NCBI GenBank assembly: GCA_018716965.1
Contig: DVJF01000020.1
Span: forward strand, 5,051-69,050
DNA length: 64,000 nucleotides
Direction: 5' to 3'
From: Candidatus Caccenecus avistercoris
GTDB lineage: Bacteria > Bacillota_I > Bacilli_A > RF39 > UBA660
Shown: positions 18,251 to 28,248 of the stretch, in pieces
Position numbering within the stretch: position 1 is the stretch's first letter
Layout of the letters: each line of letters opens with the position of its first letter
Made by a program: the position numbers and the translations under genes
The notes under the pieces: generated by a model
Seen by the model: only the letters and a program-made list of their open reading frames with translations
What the model was told of the DNA's origin: nothing
The model's database searches: none

Positions 18251-19775
18251 AGAGTTATATGATTGTGAAGAAAAAGCGATTGCTCTATTATGTGGAACTG
18301 TAAAAAAGACTCTAGGTCCAAGAGGTTCTAATGCCATTATTGATCATTCCCTTATGAACCCTTTTATTACCAATGATGGTGTAACTATAGCTAGAAACAT
18401 AGAAAGTGAAGATGAACGGATCAATACCATTCTTACTCTTGCCAAAGAAGCGTCTATTAAAACGGATGAGACTGTAGGAGATGGTACCACTACAACTTTA
18501 GTTTTATTAGAAAGCCTATTTAAAAGTGGATTAGCTAAAATTAAAGATGGTCTAAATCCTCACCTATTAAAAAATGAATTAGATGAAGCTTTAGAAAATA
18601 TAATAGAAGAAATAAAAAAAGAAAGTAAAACTCCAACGGAAGAAAATTATTATAATATTGCCAGTATCGCTGCTAGCAATAAAAGCATTGGAAAACTGAT
18701 AACCAGAATGTATTTAAAAGTGGGTAGTGCTATCAAGATAGAAGAAAGTAAAACCAGTGAAACTTATACTAAAATTATAAATGGTTATAGTTTTGAACCC
18801 CTACTAGCTTCTCCTTACTTTTTTAATAACACAAATGAAATAATATATAAAAATAGTTTAATCTTAATTATGATAAAAGAAGTAAACGAAATAGGAGAGA
18901 TTAGTGAAATCATAAATTATACTATTGAAAAAAGAATACCTCTTGTAATACTAGCTACTGATTATACAGAAGAAGTAATAAATGAGGTTTTATCTTTAAA
19001 TTTAAGTAAAATAACAAACGTTACCTTACTTAAATTACCGGAATATGGCCTTCACCAAATGGAAGTTTTAAAAGATTTAGAAATAATTAGCAATGCCAAA
19101 ATAGCAAAATCATCTGATGAATTAAGCTTAAATAATTTAGGAAAGTGCGAAGAAATAAAAATCACGAAAGAACTTGCAACAATTAATAATAATTTGCAAA
19201 GTAAAGTTATAAAAAGACACATTAATAACTTAAAAGAAAAAATTAGCACTATAGATGATGACTTTGAATTAGAATTTCAGAGTAATAGACTATCTAAATT
19301 AACCAACGGAATAGGTATTATTTATGTGGGAGCTACTACTACAACGGAAGCTAGAGAAAAAAAGATGCGATTTGATGATGCCTTCTGTGCTCTAAATTGT
19401 GCAGCAAATGGCATTATTCCCGGAAGTGGCTTAATTTTATTAAAAATAAAAGAAAATTTAGAAACAAAAAATAATGGTTCAATCATTTTAAAAGAAGCAT
19501 TAGACAAACCGTTTATGCAAATTTTAGAAAATGTCGGCATTAATCCAAGTAATATTTATAATAAAATAAAAGCCGGTGATTTTAATATAATTTATAATGT
19601 TTTCGAAAACAAATTTGAAACAATATCAAAAACCAAAGTAATAGATCCCACTACTGTAGTTATCACAAGCTTAAAAAATGCTGTATCAATCGCGGGAATG
19701 CTACTTACAACTACAAGCTTGATTATTAATGAACAACAAGAATCGATTAACTACAATCTGAATAACGAATTATGA
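18228..19775 (+). CDS. divergent chaperonin GroEL (Cpn60) family protein lacking the C-terminal GGM tail; no adjacent groES
   Basis: TLGPRGSNAIIDHSLMNPFITNDGVTIARNIESED and GDGTTTTLVLL align to the GroEL equatorial-domain motifs. GSGLILLK corresponds to the GGGxAL motif. The protein ends ...INEQQESINYNLNNEL. Confidence 0.8.
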   Translation: MKKVITGKELYDCEEKAIALLCGTVKKTLGPRGSNAIIDHSLMNPFITNDGVTIARNIESEDERINTILTLAKEASIKTDETVGDGTTTTLVLLESLFKSGLAKIKDGLNPHLLKNELDEALENIIEEIKKESKTPTEENYYNIASIAASNKSIGKLITRMYLKVGSAIKIEESKTSETYTKIINGYSFEPLLASPYFFNNTNEIIYKNSLILIMIKEVNEIGEISEIINYTIEKRIPLVILATDYTEEVINEVLSLNLSKITNVTLLKLPEYGLHQMEVLKDLEIISNAKIAKSSDELSLNNLGKCEEIKITKELATINNNLQSKVIKRHINNLKEKISTIDDDFELEFQSNRLSKLTNGIGIIYVGATTTTEAREKKMRFDDAFCALNCAANGIIPGSGLILLKIKENLETKNNGSIILKEALDKPFMQILENVGINPSNIYNKIKAGDFNIIYNVFENKFETISKTKVIDPTTVVITSLKNAVSIAGMLLTTTSLIINEQQESINYNLNNEL

Positions 19776-20002
19776 TAAATATTCTAGCTAATAAGAAAAA
19801 GGTGAAAACAAAAGTTTAAAAACTATAGATTTTTGTGAAAAATAGACATGGAAAACTATGGAAAAATGTGATAATAAAATTAAAATCCAAGCCAATTTTA
19901 TGTTATGACAATTAAATGTCAAGAATAAAAAATAAATATAAAAATAAATAAATATTAATAAAGAAAAAAATGTTAAAATAATAATAGAGGGAGAATACTA
20001 TT

Positions 20003-20518
20003 ATGAAAAGTCAAGAAATATACGAAAGCTATATGAAAGCATTTTCTGAAAGATGGGAATTAGAGAAAAAAATAGAAGATCTAATGAAACGCTGGGTTCA
20101 AGGAGAAATTACCTTGAGTAGTACATCAATTCAAATAGCTGTAGATAAAGGCTATGAAAGACTAGATAATTTAAAACAAATAGAAGAAATGCTACATCAA
20201 GATTATTTAAATCAAATTGAAAAAGAAAAAGCTAAAAAGGCTGCTGATCAATATTTAAGCTATCGCTATGGTACCAGACCATCAGATAAAGTTATAACGG
20301 AAGGCGTTTTAGCAAGTAACGCAAGTGAATCACATTTAGTGGCAAGACCTAAAACTAGAGAAGAACTTGAAATGGAAATGGAACAACACTTGAATAATAT
20401 TAAAACTAAATGTCAAAAAGGAGATCTTAATTTAGAACAAGCAACTAAATTAATTGATGCTATAAATACCTCATATGGCTATATATTAGAAGAAACAGAA
20501 AATAAAGCTCGTCATTAA
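20003..20518 (+). CDS. hypothetical protein (171 aa)
   Basis: ORF with an RBS (AGAGGGAG) and a downstream terminator. No recognisable motifs. Confidence 0.5.
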   Translation: MKSQEIYESYMKAFSERWELEKKIEDLMKRWVQGEITLSSTSIQIAVDKGYERLDNLKQIEEMLHQDYLNQIEKEKAKKAADQYLSYRYGTRPSDKVITEGVLASNASESHLVARPKTREELEMEMEQHLNNIKTKCQKGDLNLEQATKLIDAINTSYGYILEETENKARH

Positions 20519-20530
20519 ATTGTAATTTTG

Positions 20531-20563
20531 GATTATTAATATGCTTATTAATAATCCTTTTTA
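20531..20563 (+). terminator. rho-independent terminator
   Basis: Perfect 12-bp stem GGATTATTAATA / TATTAATAATCC with a TGCT loop, followed by TTTTT. Confidence 0.6.
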
Positions 20564-20714
20564 TCTTATAAGAATATCCCCAAATTTCTCTATTTTTTTA
20601 AAAGTTCAATGTTAATAATTGACATCACAAATTTATTAATCATTTTCTTTAATATAATTCTTTAAATTCATCTGACTTTATAATATAATAATAGCAAGAA
20701 AGGAAACTTTGTAT

Positions 20715-22100
20715 ATGAAATTATATAATACTTTAACTAGAAAAATAGAGGATTTTATTCCCTGGGAAAAGGGAGTTGTAAAAATGTACACTTGTGGTCC
20801 TACGGTTTACAGTTATGCTCACATTGGTAACTTAAGAACATATATCATGGAAGATATACTAGAAAAAACATTACGGTTTATTGGATTTGATGTAACACGT
20901 GTTATGAATATAACAGACGTAGGCCATCTAACAAGTGATGCTGATACTGGTGATGATAAAATGGTTAAGAGTGCTAAAAAAGAAAATAAAACTGTATTAG
21001 ATATTGCTAAATTTTATACTGAAGCATTCTTTAAAGACGCGGAAAAATTAAATATTAAAAAACCTGATATTGTTAGTCCAGCCACCAAAAACATAGATGA
21101 ATACATTAAAATTATTACAAAACTATTAGATACAGGATATGCTTATCAGGCAGGAGGAAACGTATATTTTGATACATCTAAATTAGATGATTATTACAAA
21201 CTAACTAATCATGTTGGTGAAGAACTAATTAGTGGTGTTAGAGATACTGTAGAAGAAGATACTAACAAAAAAAATAAAACTGACTTTGCTTTATGGTTTA
21301 CCAAATCAAAATTTGATTCCCAGGAATTAAAATGGGATAGTCCTTTTGGTAAAGGTTATCCTGGTTGGCATATTGAATGTAGTGGTATTTCGATAAAATA
21401 TCTTGGCGAATATTTAGATATTCATTGTGGAGGAGTAGATAATATATTCCCTCATCATACTAATGAAATAGCACAAAGTGAAGCTTATCTTGGCCATGAA
21501 TGGTGTAAATATTGGGTACACGGGGAACACTTAAATGATGCCACAGGTAAAATGAGTAAATCGAAAGGCCATGTTTTAACCGTGTCTTATTTAGAAGAAA
21601 ATGGCTTTAATCCATTAAGCTATCGTTTTATGGTTTTACTTAGTCATTACCGCAAACAATTAACATTTTCTCTTGACTCTTTAAGTGGTGCACAGAACGC
21701 TTATAACAAATTAAAAGCAAGAATAAAAGCTTTAAAACAAGAAGGTATATTAGATGAAAAGCTAAAAGAAACATATGTTACCAAATTTAAAGAATGTCTA
21801 GAAGACGATTTAAATACAGCTAATGCCATAACTTTATTGTATGATGTTCTAAAAGAGGATACTAGCGATCTTACAAAACTAGAAATAATTAAAGAAATGG
21901 ATAAAGTCTTATCTCTAGATTTACTTAAAGAAGAAAAGAAAAATATCGATGAAGCATACATTAAAGAAATGATTGAAAAAAGAAGTGAAGCTAAAAAGAA
22001 TAAAGATTTTGCTTTAGCAGACGAAATAAGAAGTGAATTAGAAAAAGACGGAATTATTTTAAAAGATACTCGTGAAGGAACCATCTATGAGGTAAAATAA
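20715..22100 (+). CDS. cysS: cysteine--tRNA ligase
   Basis: HIGN (HIGH) motif, KMSKS, and a zinc-binding Cys within the CGPTVY region. RBS AAGGAAA. Confidence 0.95.
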   Translation: MKLYNTLTRKIEDFIPWEKGVVKMYTCGPTVYSYAHIGNLRTYIMEDILEKTLRFIGFDVTRVMNITDVGHLTSDADTGDDKMVKSAKKENKTVLDIAKFYTEAFFKDAEKLNIKKPDIVSPATKNIDEYIKIITKLLDTGYAYQAGGNVYFDTSKLDDYYKLTNHVGEELISGVRDTVEEDTNKKNKTDFALWFTKSKFDSQELKWDSPFGKGYPGWHIECSGISIKYLGEYLDIHCGGVDNIFPHHTNEIAQSEAYLGHEWCKYWVHGEHLNDATGKMSKSKGHVLTVSYLEENGFNPLSYRFMVLLSHYRKQLTFSLDSLSGAQNAYNKLKARIKALKQEGILDEKLKETYVTKFKECLEDDLNTANAITLLYDVLKEDTSDLTKLEIIKEMDKVLSLDLLKEEKKNIDEAYIKEMIEKRSEAKKNKDFALADEIRSELEKDGIILKDTREGTIYEVK

Positions 22101-22726
22101 TGATTATAGATATCTTGTTTATTATTGTTTTAATATTATTAGTATTAATAAATATTCTTATTAGAACTGTTGCCGAAACGACCAAAGAACTAAAAAATAA
22201 AGCCAATTTATCAGGCTTTGAAATAGCAAGAAAACTAACAAGTGCTTATTGTGAAGATGAACCACATATTATTAAGAAAAATGGTAAATATTTAGATCAT
22301 TATAACAAAGAACGTAATGTAATTAAATTATCACCTGATGTCTTTGACGGTGAAAATGCTTATGCAGGAATTATAGCCATAAACACTGCTTTAGAAGCTG
22401 ATCCAAACCGGAAGAATATTTCTTTAGCTCGTAAAATAAATGCTTTTTTAGTACTAATAAGTTATGTATTAATCATTCTAGGAAGTATTACTCATAATAC
22501 TCTCATTATTCGTTTAGGTACTCTGATATTTATTTTAGCTTTTATTATAGAATTTATCTTACTAGCAAGCTTATTTAAAAGTAAAGAAGAATTAGATAAA
22601 TTATATGAGCAAATAGAAAAAGAGTATCTAATGAAACCAATAGAAAATTATAAAAAATATTGTCTTCTAATTTCTTTAATTAAAGTAGCTACCATGCCCT
22701 ATAGTTTTATTAATTATTTTAGATAG
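22100..22726 (+). CDS. YugP-like membrane protein (putative zinc metallopeptidase family) without an evident HExxH motif
   Basis: GKYLDHYNKERNVIKLSPDVF...AYAGIIAINTALEAD aligns to the YugP core, but the HExxH position reads NTALE. N- and C-terminal TM segments are present. Start overlaps the cysS stop (TAATG). Confidence 0.5.
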   Translation: MIIDILFIIVLILLVLINILIRTVAETTKELKNKANLSGFEIARKLTSAYCEDEPHIIKKNGKYLDHYNKERNVIKLSPDVFDGENAYAGIIAINTALEADPNRKNISLARKINAFLVLISYVLIILGSITHNTLIIRLGTLIFILAFIIEFILLASLFKSKEELDKLYEQIEKEYLMKPIENYKKYCLLISLIKVATMPYSFINYFR

Positions 22727-22819
22727 AATGTTCAAAAATTGGACATTCTTTTTTAAAATGCTAAAAAATGCTTTTACTAATTCAACTTTTATTGATATAA
22801 TGAATTATAAGGTGGTAAT

Positions 22820-23884
22820 ATGAACTTAGAAGTAAATGGTTTTAATGTGTTTTTAATAGTAGCAATAACTTTTCTAATTAGTGCTCTATTAACACCATTA
22901 GCCAAAAAAATAGCTCTTCATATTGGAGCATTAGATTATCCAAATGAAAGAAAAGTACATAAAAAGCCTATGCCAAGATTAGGTGGTCTAGCTATATATG
23001 GTGCTTTCTTAATTGGATATGCCATATTTGGCGAAATAAATACGCAAATGATATCAATATTAATAGGTGGTTTTATTTTAATATTAACAGGTATATTTGA
23101 TGATATTAAACCGATAAAAGCTAGATACAAATTAATTGCTCAAATTGCTGCTGCTTTATTAGTTGTAATTTATGGTGAAGTTTTTTTCACAGAGATTAGT
23201 TTATTTGGCATTAAGTTCTATATTAACGAATATGTAAGTTATGCTATATCTACCTTATTTATTGTTGCTATAACCAATTCTATCAATATTATCGATGGCT
23301 TGGATGGTCTAGCAGCTGGAGTATCTTCCATTTATTTCTTAACCATTGCCATTATTGCCTTTTTACTTAATCAAATAGGTGGTCTAGATATTATTTTATC
23401 TTTAATTATGTTAGGAGCAACTCTAGGTTTCTTACTCTATAATTTTCCACCAGCTAGAATATTTATGGGTGATACCGGAAGTTTATTTTTAGGATATATG
23501 ATATCTATTATAGCTTTATTAGGATTTAAAATAACTACTATTACATCCTTAATTGTTCCATTATGTATACTTGCTATACCAATATTCGATACAGCCTTTG
23601 CTATTTTAAGAAGATTATTAAAACATCAAAATATTGGTAAAGCTGATAAAGAGCATTTTCATCATCAATTATTAAAAATGCGTTATTCACCAACCAAAAG
23701 TATATTAATCATTTATTTTATTAATGTTTTATTTGCGGCTGTATCCATATTTTATGTTTTAGGCGATAATAAAATAGCTATAGCGATTTATGTTGCCTTA
23801 ATGATTTTGCTCTTATTTGTTGTTTTAAAAACCGATATATTATATGATCATTCAAAACACAAAAAGAAGAAGTTGAAGGATTAA
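22820..23884 (+). CDS. tagO: undecaprenyl-phosphate N-acetylhexosamine-1-phosphate transferase (TagO/WecA, MraY family)
   Basis: DYPNERKVHKKPMPRLGGLAIY, DDxxP and a multi-TM profile typical of TagO/WecA. Confidence 0.85.
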   Translation: MNLEVNGFNVFLIVAITFLISALLTPLAKKIALHIGALDYPNERKVHKKPMPRLGGLAIYGAFLIGYAIFGEINTQMISILIGGFILILTGIFDDIKPIKARYKLIAQIAAALLVVIYGEVFFTEISLFGIKFYINEYVSYAISTLFIVAITNSINIIDGLDGLAAGVSSIYFLTIAIIAFLLNQIGGLDIILSLIMLGATLGFLLYNFPPARIFMGDTGSLFLGYMISIIALLGFKITTITSLIVPLCILAIPIFDTAFAILRRLLKHQNIGKADKEHFHHQLLKMRYSPTKSILIIYFINVLFAAVSIFYVLGDNKIAIAIYVALMILLLFVVLKTDILYDHSKHKKKKLKD

Positions 23885-23885
23885 T

Positions 23886-25295
23886 ATGTTACAAGTTAAG
23901 AATTATAAAAGACTATTATTGATATTATTGTGTATCTATCCTGTATTTAGTCTAGAAATATTTTATAACAACTATGCTACTTTAATTCAAATTGTTTTCA
24001 TAGCAATTTTTTTGCTATGGACATTTTTTATTAACAAAGAGTCCCGAAAAAGTATTAAATATCTTATCATCTATACAATCTTTTTGCTTATATATGGTAT
24101 ATTTCATCATTTGAATGCTCTAGATTTTCATTCACTAGTTCCGGAAAATTTTAACTATAACTATTTAGATGAAATCCTTTACTTAGTAAAAATGAGTATT
24201 CCCGTATTCTTTATTTATTTAATGTATTATTCTAATTTAGAAAAAGAAGATTACCGGAAAGTAATAAAATCTTGGATTATTATCATAGGTGGCAGTATTA
24301 TTATTACAAATATCCTTGGCATATCCCTAAGTAGTTATAATAATGAAGTAATAAAAGGAAGTATCTTTAGCTGGTTTAGCAATAACTATATTTATAATGA
24401 ATTAGCTAGTAAAGGATTTTTTATGTATGCTAATCAAATAGCATGTCTTCTAGTAGTGCTAATTCCTTTAGCTAGTTATTTCTTCTTTAAAGATAAACTA
24501 AATATTGTATATGTAGCTATTATTATGCTTACTGCCCTAATGCTTGGAACAAGAGTATCAAATTTAGGAAGCATAATGGTCCTTATTGCATCTATCCTAG
24601 CTTATATGTTTTTTTGCATTCTAAAAAAAGAAAAATTACAATGGAAGAAGCTTGGACTTTGCGGGATAATTGTAATTATTTATGCCTCTATTCTTCCTTT
24701 TTCACCAACTTTTAGCAGGTACGAAGTATATGACTATTTAATGCCTAAAAGTATTAAAGGACTAGTAGCGTCTACTGCAGACACTTATATTAGTGATATA
24801 GAATATATTAAAAATCACTATGAGGAAAAACAAATTAACGAAAACTTCATTTTACATAGTTATCCATATGAATACGACCCAGAGTTTTGGCTAGGTATTT
24901 TAAATGAACCAATTAATAAAAGAGCAGATTATCGTTATTTAGAAATTAGTATGGTTAAAAGAGTAGTAGAAATAAATGATAATAAAAATGATATTTGGTT
25001 AGGAATAACGAATGATCGTATTCAAAACATTTTTAATATAGAACGAGATTATGTTTTACAATATTATGCCTTTGGCATTATTGGTTGTATTTTGTTTCTA
25101 GGTATATATCTAATTTTATGGATTCTAAGTATAGTTAAATTGATTAAAAAATTTAATTATTTTAAAACTTCTATTGTCGCATCTATTACGCTTCTCTTAC
25201 TTATCGCCTATTTAACTGGAAATATATTTAGTCAAATTGCTATATTTATTCCTTTGTTATTTTTATCAAGCATAACATTTATAAGGCAAAAATAA
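23886..25295 (+). CDS. polytopic membrane protein, O-antigen ligase/polymerase (Wzy_C)-like
   Basis: About 12 TM segments with a large loop. Sits in a glycopolymer locus next to tagO. Family assignment is weak. Confidence 0.45.
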   Translation: MLQVKNYKRLLLILLCIYPVFSLEIFYNNYATLIQIVFIAIFLLWTFFINKESRKSIKYLIIYTIFLLIYGIFHHLNALDFHSLVPENFNYNYLDEILYLVKMSIPVFFIYLMYYSNLEKEDYRKVIKSWIIIIGGSIIITNILGISLSSYNNEVIKGSIFSWFSNNYIYNELASKGFFMYANQIACLLVVLIPLASYFFFKDKLNIVYVAIIMLTALMLGTRVSNLGSIMVLIASILAYMFFCILKKEKLQWKKLGLCGIIVIIYASILPFSPTFSRYEVYDYLMPKSIKGLVASTADTYISDIEYIKNHYEEKQINENFILHSYPYEYDPEFWLGILNEPINKRADYRYLEISMVKRVVEINDNKNDIWLGITNDRIQNIFNIERDYVLQYYAFGIIGCILFLGIYLILWILSIVKLIKKFNYFKTSIVASITLLLLIAYLTGNIFSQIAIFIPLLFLSSITFIRQK

Positions 25296-25297
25296 AA

Positions 25298-25357
25298 TTT
25301 TGCAAATACGCTTTCAAAAAAATAAAAAAAATAAAGTTTTGCAAATACACTTGCAAA
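25298..25357 (+). repeat. two copies of TTTTGCAAATAC-N2-CTT(T/G)CAAA direct repeat. The second copy contains the -35 of the downstream promoter.
   Basis: Copy 1 at 25298-25318 and copy 2 at 25337-25357. TTGCAA is self-complementary. Confidence 0.4.
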
Positions 25358-25379
25358 GTTTTTTGATATATGATATTAT
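25351..25379 (+). promoter_or_regulatory. promoter TTGCAA-17-TATTAT upstream of the AAA ATPase gene
   Basis: Spacing and hexamers match the sigma-A consensus. Confidence 0.45.
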
Positions 25380-25396
25380 GTAGATGGGTGAATAAA

Positions 25397-26605
25397 ATGA
25401 TAATAAGAGAAAAATATCTTAATAAAATGATAATGCTAAAAGATACAGAGTTTATAAAAGTTATAACTGGTCTTAGAAGAAGTGGCAAATCTACTTTAAT
25501 GCTAATGTACAAAGATTACTTGCTTAATAATCAAGTTAAAGAAGATAATATAATTTATATAAATTTTGAGTCAGCAATGTATGATGACATAAAAAATTAT
25601 AAAGATTTATATCAATTTGTTAAAGAAAAAATAAAAAAAGATAAAGTGTATTTGCTGCTAGATGAAGTTCAAAATGTAGAATTATGGGAAAAAGCCATAA
25701 ATTCTTTTAAAGTGGATTTTGATATAGATATTTATATAACTGGTTCTAATGCTTATTTGCTATCTAGCGAATTATCCACTCTCTTATCAGGAAGATATAT
25801 TGAAATCAAAATGTATCCTTTATCATTTAAAGAATTTTTAATATTTAATAATTATGATACTATTAACATAGAAGACAAATTTAATGAATACTTAAAATAT
25901 GGCGGATTACCAGCCATAACATTAATCAAAAATAATGATGAATTAGTATTATCTTATTTAAATGATATATATAATTCAATTGTAAAAAAAGATATTATAG
26001 ATCGAAATAATCTCAAAAATACCACTTTACTAGAAAATATTATCAAATATTTAGCTAATAATATAGGCAGCCCAATATCATCAACTAAGATAAGTAATTA
26101 TCTTAATAGCAATAAAATTACCCCAAATTGTAATCATCAAACAATAGATAATTACCTAAATATGCTCGAAAAATCATATATAATATATAAAGCAGATAGA
26201 ACTGATATCAAAGATAAATCAGTATTAAAAACTTTAGGGAAATATTACATATCTGATACAGGTATAAGAAATATTATTTTAGGCTTTAGAAATATAAATG
26301 AAGGTCATTTATTAGAAAATGTAGTTTATCTAGAACTATTAAGACGCGGATATAAAGTAAGTGTTGGAAAGACTTATGAATATGAAGTTGACTTTGTTGC
26401 TGAGAATCCTAATGAAATAATATATTTACAAGTATCGCTCAGTATAAGTGAAGAAAAGGTTAGAGATAGAGAAATAAGAAGTTTGGAAAATATCAAAGAT
26501 AATTATGAAAAAATAATTTTAACTATGGATAAAACCATAAATCAAGATTTTAATGGGATTAAAGTAACGAATATAATTGATTGGCTATTACTAGATAAAA
26601 AATAA
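25397..26605 (+). CDS. AAA-family ATPase with DUF4143-type C-terminal domain
   Basis: Walker A (GLRRSGKST) and Walker B (LLLDEVQ). The architecture is typical of the AAA_14 + DUF4143 family. Confidence 0.8.
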   Translation: MIIREKYLNKMIMLKDTEFIKVITGLRRSGKSTLMLMYKDYLLNNQVKEDNIIYINFESAMYDDIKNYKDLYQFVKEKIKKDKVYLLLDEVQNVELWEKAINSFKVDFDIDIYITGSNAYLLSSELSTLLSGRYIEIKMYPLSFKEFLIFNNYDTINIEDKFNEYLKYGGLPAITLIKNNDELVLSYLNDIYNSIVKKDIIDRNNLKNTTLLENIIKYLANNIGSPISSTKISNYLNSNKITPNCNHQTIDNYLNMLEKSYIIYKADRTDIKDKSVLKTLGKYYISDTGIRNIILGFRNINEGHLLENVVYLELLRRGYKVSVGKTYEYEVDFVAENPNEIIYLQVSLSISEEKVRDREIRSLENIKDNYEKIILTMDKTINQDFNGIKVTNIIDWLLLDKK

Positions 26606-26630
26606 TTTGAAAAAAGATAATTAGGCGATA

Positions 26631-26660
26631 TTGCAGATATCGTCTAACATATGCTATAAT
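26631..26660 (+). promoter_or_regulatory. promoter TTGCAG-18-TATAAT for the ABC exporter / glycopolymer operon, overlapping the palindrome CGATAT-N5-ATATCG
   Basis: Hexamers at 26631-26636 and 26655-26660. Inverted repeat at 26627-26643. Confidence 0.45.
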
Positions 26661-26682
26661 AAAGATAGGAGGCCAAAGAAGT

Positions 26683-27477
26683 ATGTCAAAATTTTTAAAT
26701 AATATTAAATATACATGGATCAAATATGGCTTTTTGTTACAACAATTAGTATCAAGAGATTTTAAAGTAAAATACAAAAGAAGTGTATTAGGTATACTTT
26801 GGAGTTTATTATATCCAATTTTAATGATGGCTGTTATGGCGATTGTTTTTTCGAATGTCTTTAGAATGAGTACTCCAGGTGTAAGTTATTTAGCGTATTT
26901 AATGATTGGTTTAACACTCTTCAATTATTTTAATGAAGCTTCAAACCTAGCTATGAGCAGTGTTGTTAGTAACTTTTCTCTTATTAACAAAGTTTATATT
27001 CCAAAGTACATATTTCCATTATCTAAATGTTTATTTGTAGGTATCAATTTTTTATTAACTTTAATTCCTTTATATATTGTTATTATAGCAACGGGAACGG
27101 GACTTAATTGGTGGCATTTCTTATTACCATTTGCTTTTATTTGTCTATTTCTATTTACCGTAGGAATGGGCTTTATTTTGTCTACCATTTCTGTATTTTT
27201 AAGAGACATGTTTTACATTTATGGCATTATTACCACCATTTGGACATATTTAACGCCAATCATGTATGATATTGAAATTATTAATCCTACCCTACAATTC
27301 ATTATGAAATTTAATCCGATGTATCAATTTATTAATTTTGCGAGAACTATAATTCTTTACGGTAACTGTCCTACTATTGGTCAGTTTGCAGGATGTGCCG
27401 TATCAGCATTAGTAATATTCTTTATTGGTATATTTGTCTTCAAAAAGAACCAAGACAAATTTATCTATTATGTATAG
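26683..27477 (+). CDS. tagG: ABC-2 type polysaccharide/teichoic-acid export permease (TagG/Wzm-like)
   Basis: Six-TM ABC-2 permease signature. AGGAGG RBS. Confidence 0.85.
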   Translation: MSKFLNNIKYTWIKYGFLLQQLVSRDFKVKYKRSVLGILWSLLYPILMMAVMAIVFSNVFRMSTPGVSYLAYLMIGLTLFNYFNEASNLAMSSVVSNFSLINKVYIPKYIFPLSKCLFVGINFLLTLIPLYIVIIATGTGLNWWHFLLPFAFICLFLFTVGMGFILSTISVFLRDMFYIYGIITTIWTYLTPIMYDIEIINPTLQFIMKFNPMYQFINFARTIILYGNCPTIGQFAGCAVSALVIFFIGIFVFKKNQDKFIYYV

Positions 27478-27486
27478 GAGGACACC

Positions 27487-28248
27487 ATGAAGAAAAAAGA
27501 AATAATGATTGATGTAGATCATGTATCCATGCGTTTTAATCTAGGAATTGAAAAAGGGTTTTCTCTAAAACAAGGATTCGTTGATTTATTTAACAAAGAA
27601 AAAAGACAAAATAAGAAGAAAAATGAATTTTGGGCTTTAAAAGATGTAAACTTTAAAATTAATAAAGGGGAAGTTGTAGGATTCATTGGTTCGAATGGTG
27701 CTGGTAAATCTACTCTCTTAAAAGTAGTAGCGGGTGTTATGAAGCCAACTAAAGGAAGAGTTGCAGCCTATGGTAATATTTGTCCAATGATCGAACTTGG
27801 AGCTGGCTTTGATCCTCAACTAACAGCTAGAGAAAACATTTATTTAAATGGTGCTGTAATGGGTTATTCCAAGGAACTCATTGATAGTAAATTTGATGAA
27901 ATCGTTGAATTTTCAGAATTAAAAGACTTTTTAGATGTACCAGTACAGAATTTTTCATCAGGTATGACAGCGAGACTTGCATTTTCTATTGCAACTATAG
28001 TTGATCCTGAAATACTAATTGTTGATGAAATATTATCAGTCGGAGATATAGCATTCCAAGCTAAAAGTGAAGCTAAAATGTTATCGATGATTGGCGGAGG
28101 AACTACAGTATTATTTGTATCCCATTCATTAGCACAAATAAAAAAATTATGTGACCGCGTAATTTGGATAGAACACGGAGTTGTCCAAAAAATTGGTGGT
28201 AAAGAAGTATGTGATGAATACTTAGAGTTTATGGAAGGCCGGTCATGA
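27487..28248 (+). CDS. tagH: ABC transporter ATP-binding protein (TagH/Wzt-like, no C-terminal carbohydrate-binding extension)
   Basis: Walker A (GSNGAGKST), LSGGM-like signature (SSGMTARL), Walker B (LIVDE). Confidence 0.9.
   Translation: MKKKEIMIDVDHVSMRFNLGIEKGFSLKQGFVDLFNKEKRQNKKKNEFWALKDVNFKINKGEVVGFIGSNGAGKSTLLKVVAGVMKPTKGRVAAYGNICPMIELGAGFDPQLTARENIYLNGAVMGYSKELIDSKFDEIVEFSELKDFLDVPVQNFSSGMTARLAFSIATIVDPEILIVDEILSVGDIAFQAKSEAKMLSMIGGGTTVLFVSHSLAQIKKLCDRVIWIEHGVVQKIGGKEVCDEYLEFMEGRS

Noticed and set aside
20564-20714. T-box riboswitch upstream of cysS
   Set aside because: Only about 150 bp of AT-rich leader. No specifier or T-box (AATTAGAGTGGAACCGCG-like) consensus was seen. Too short for a T-box.
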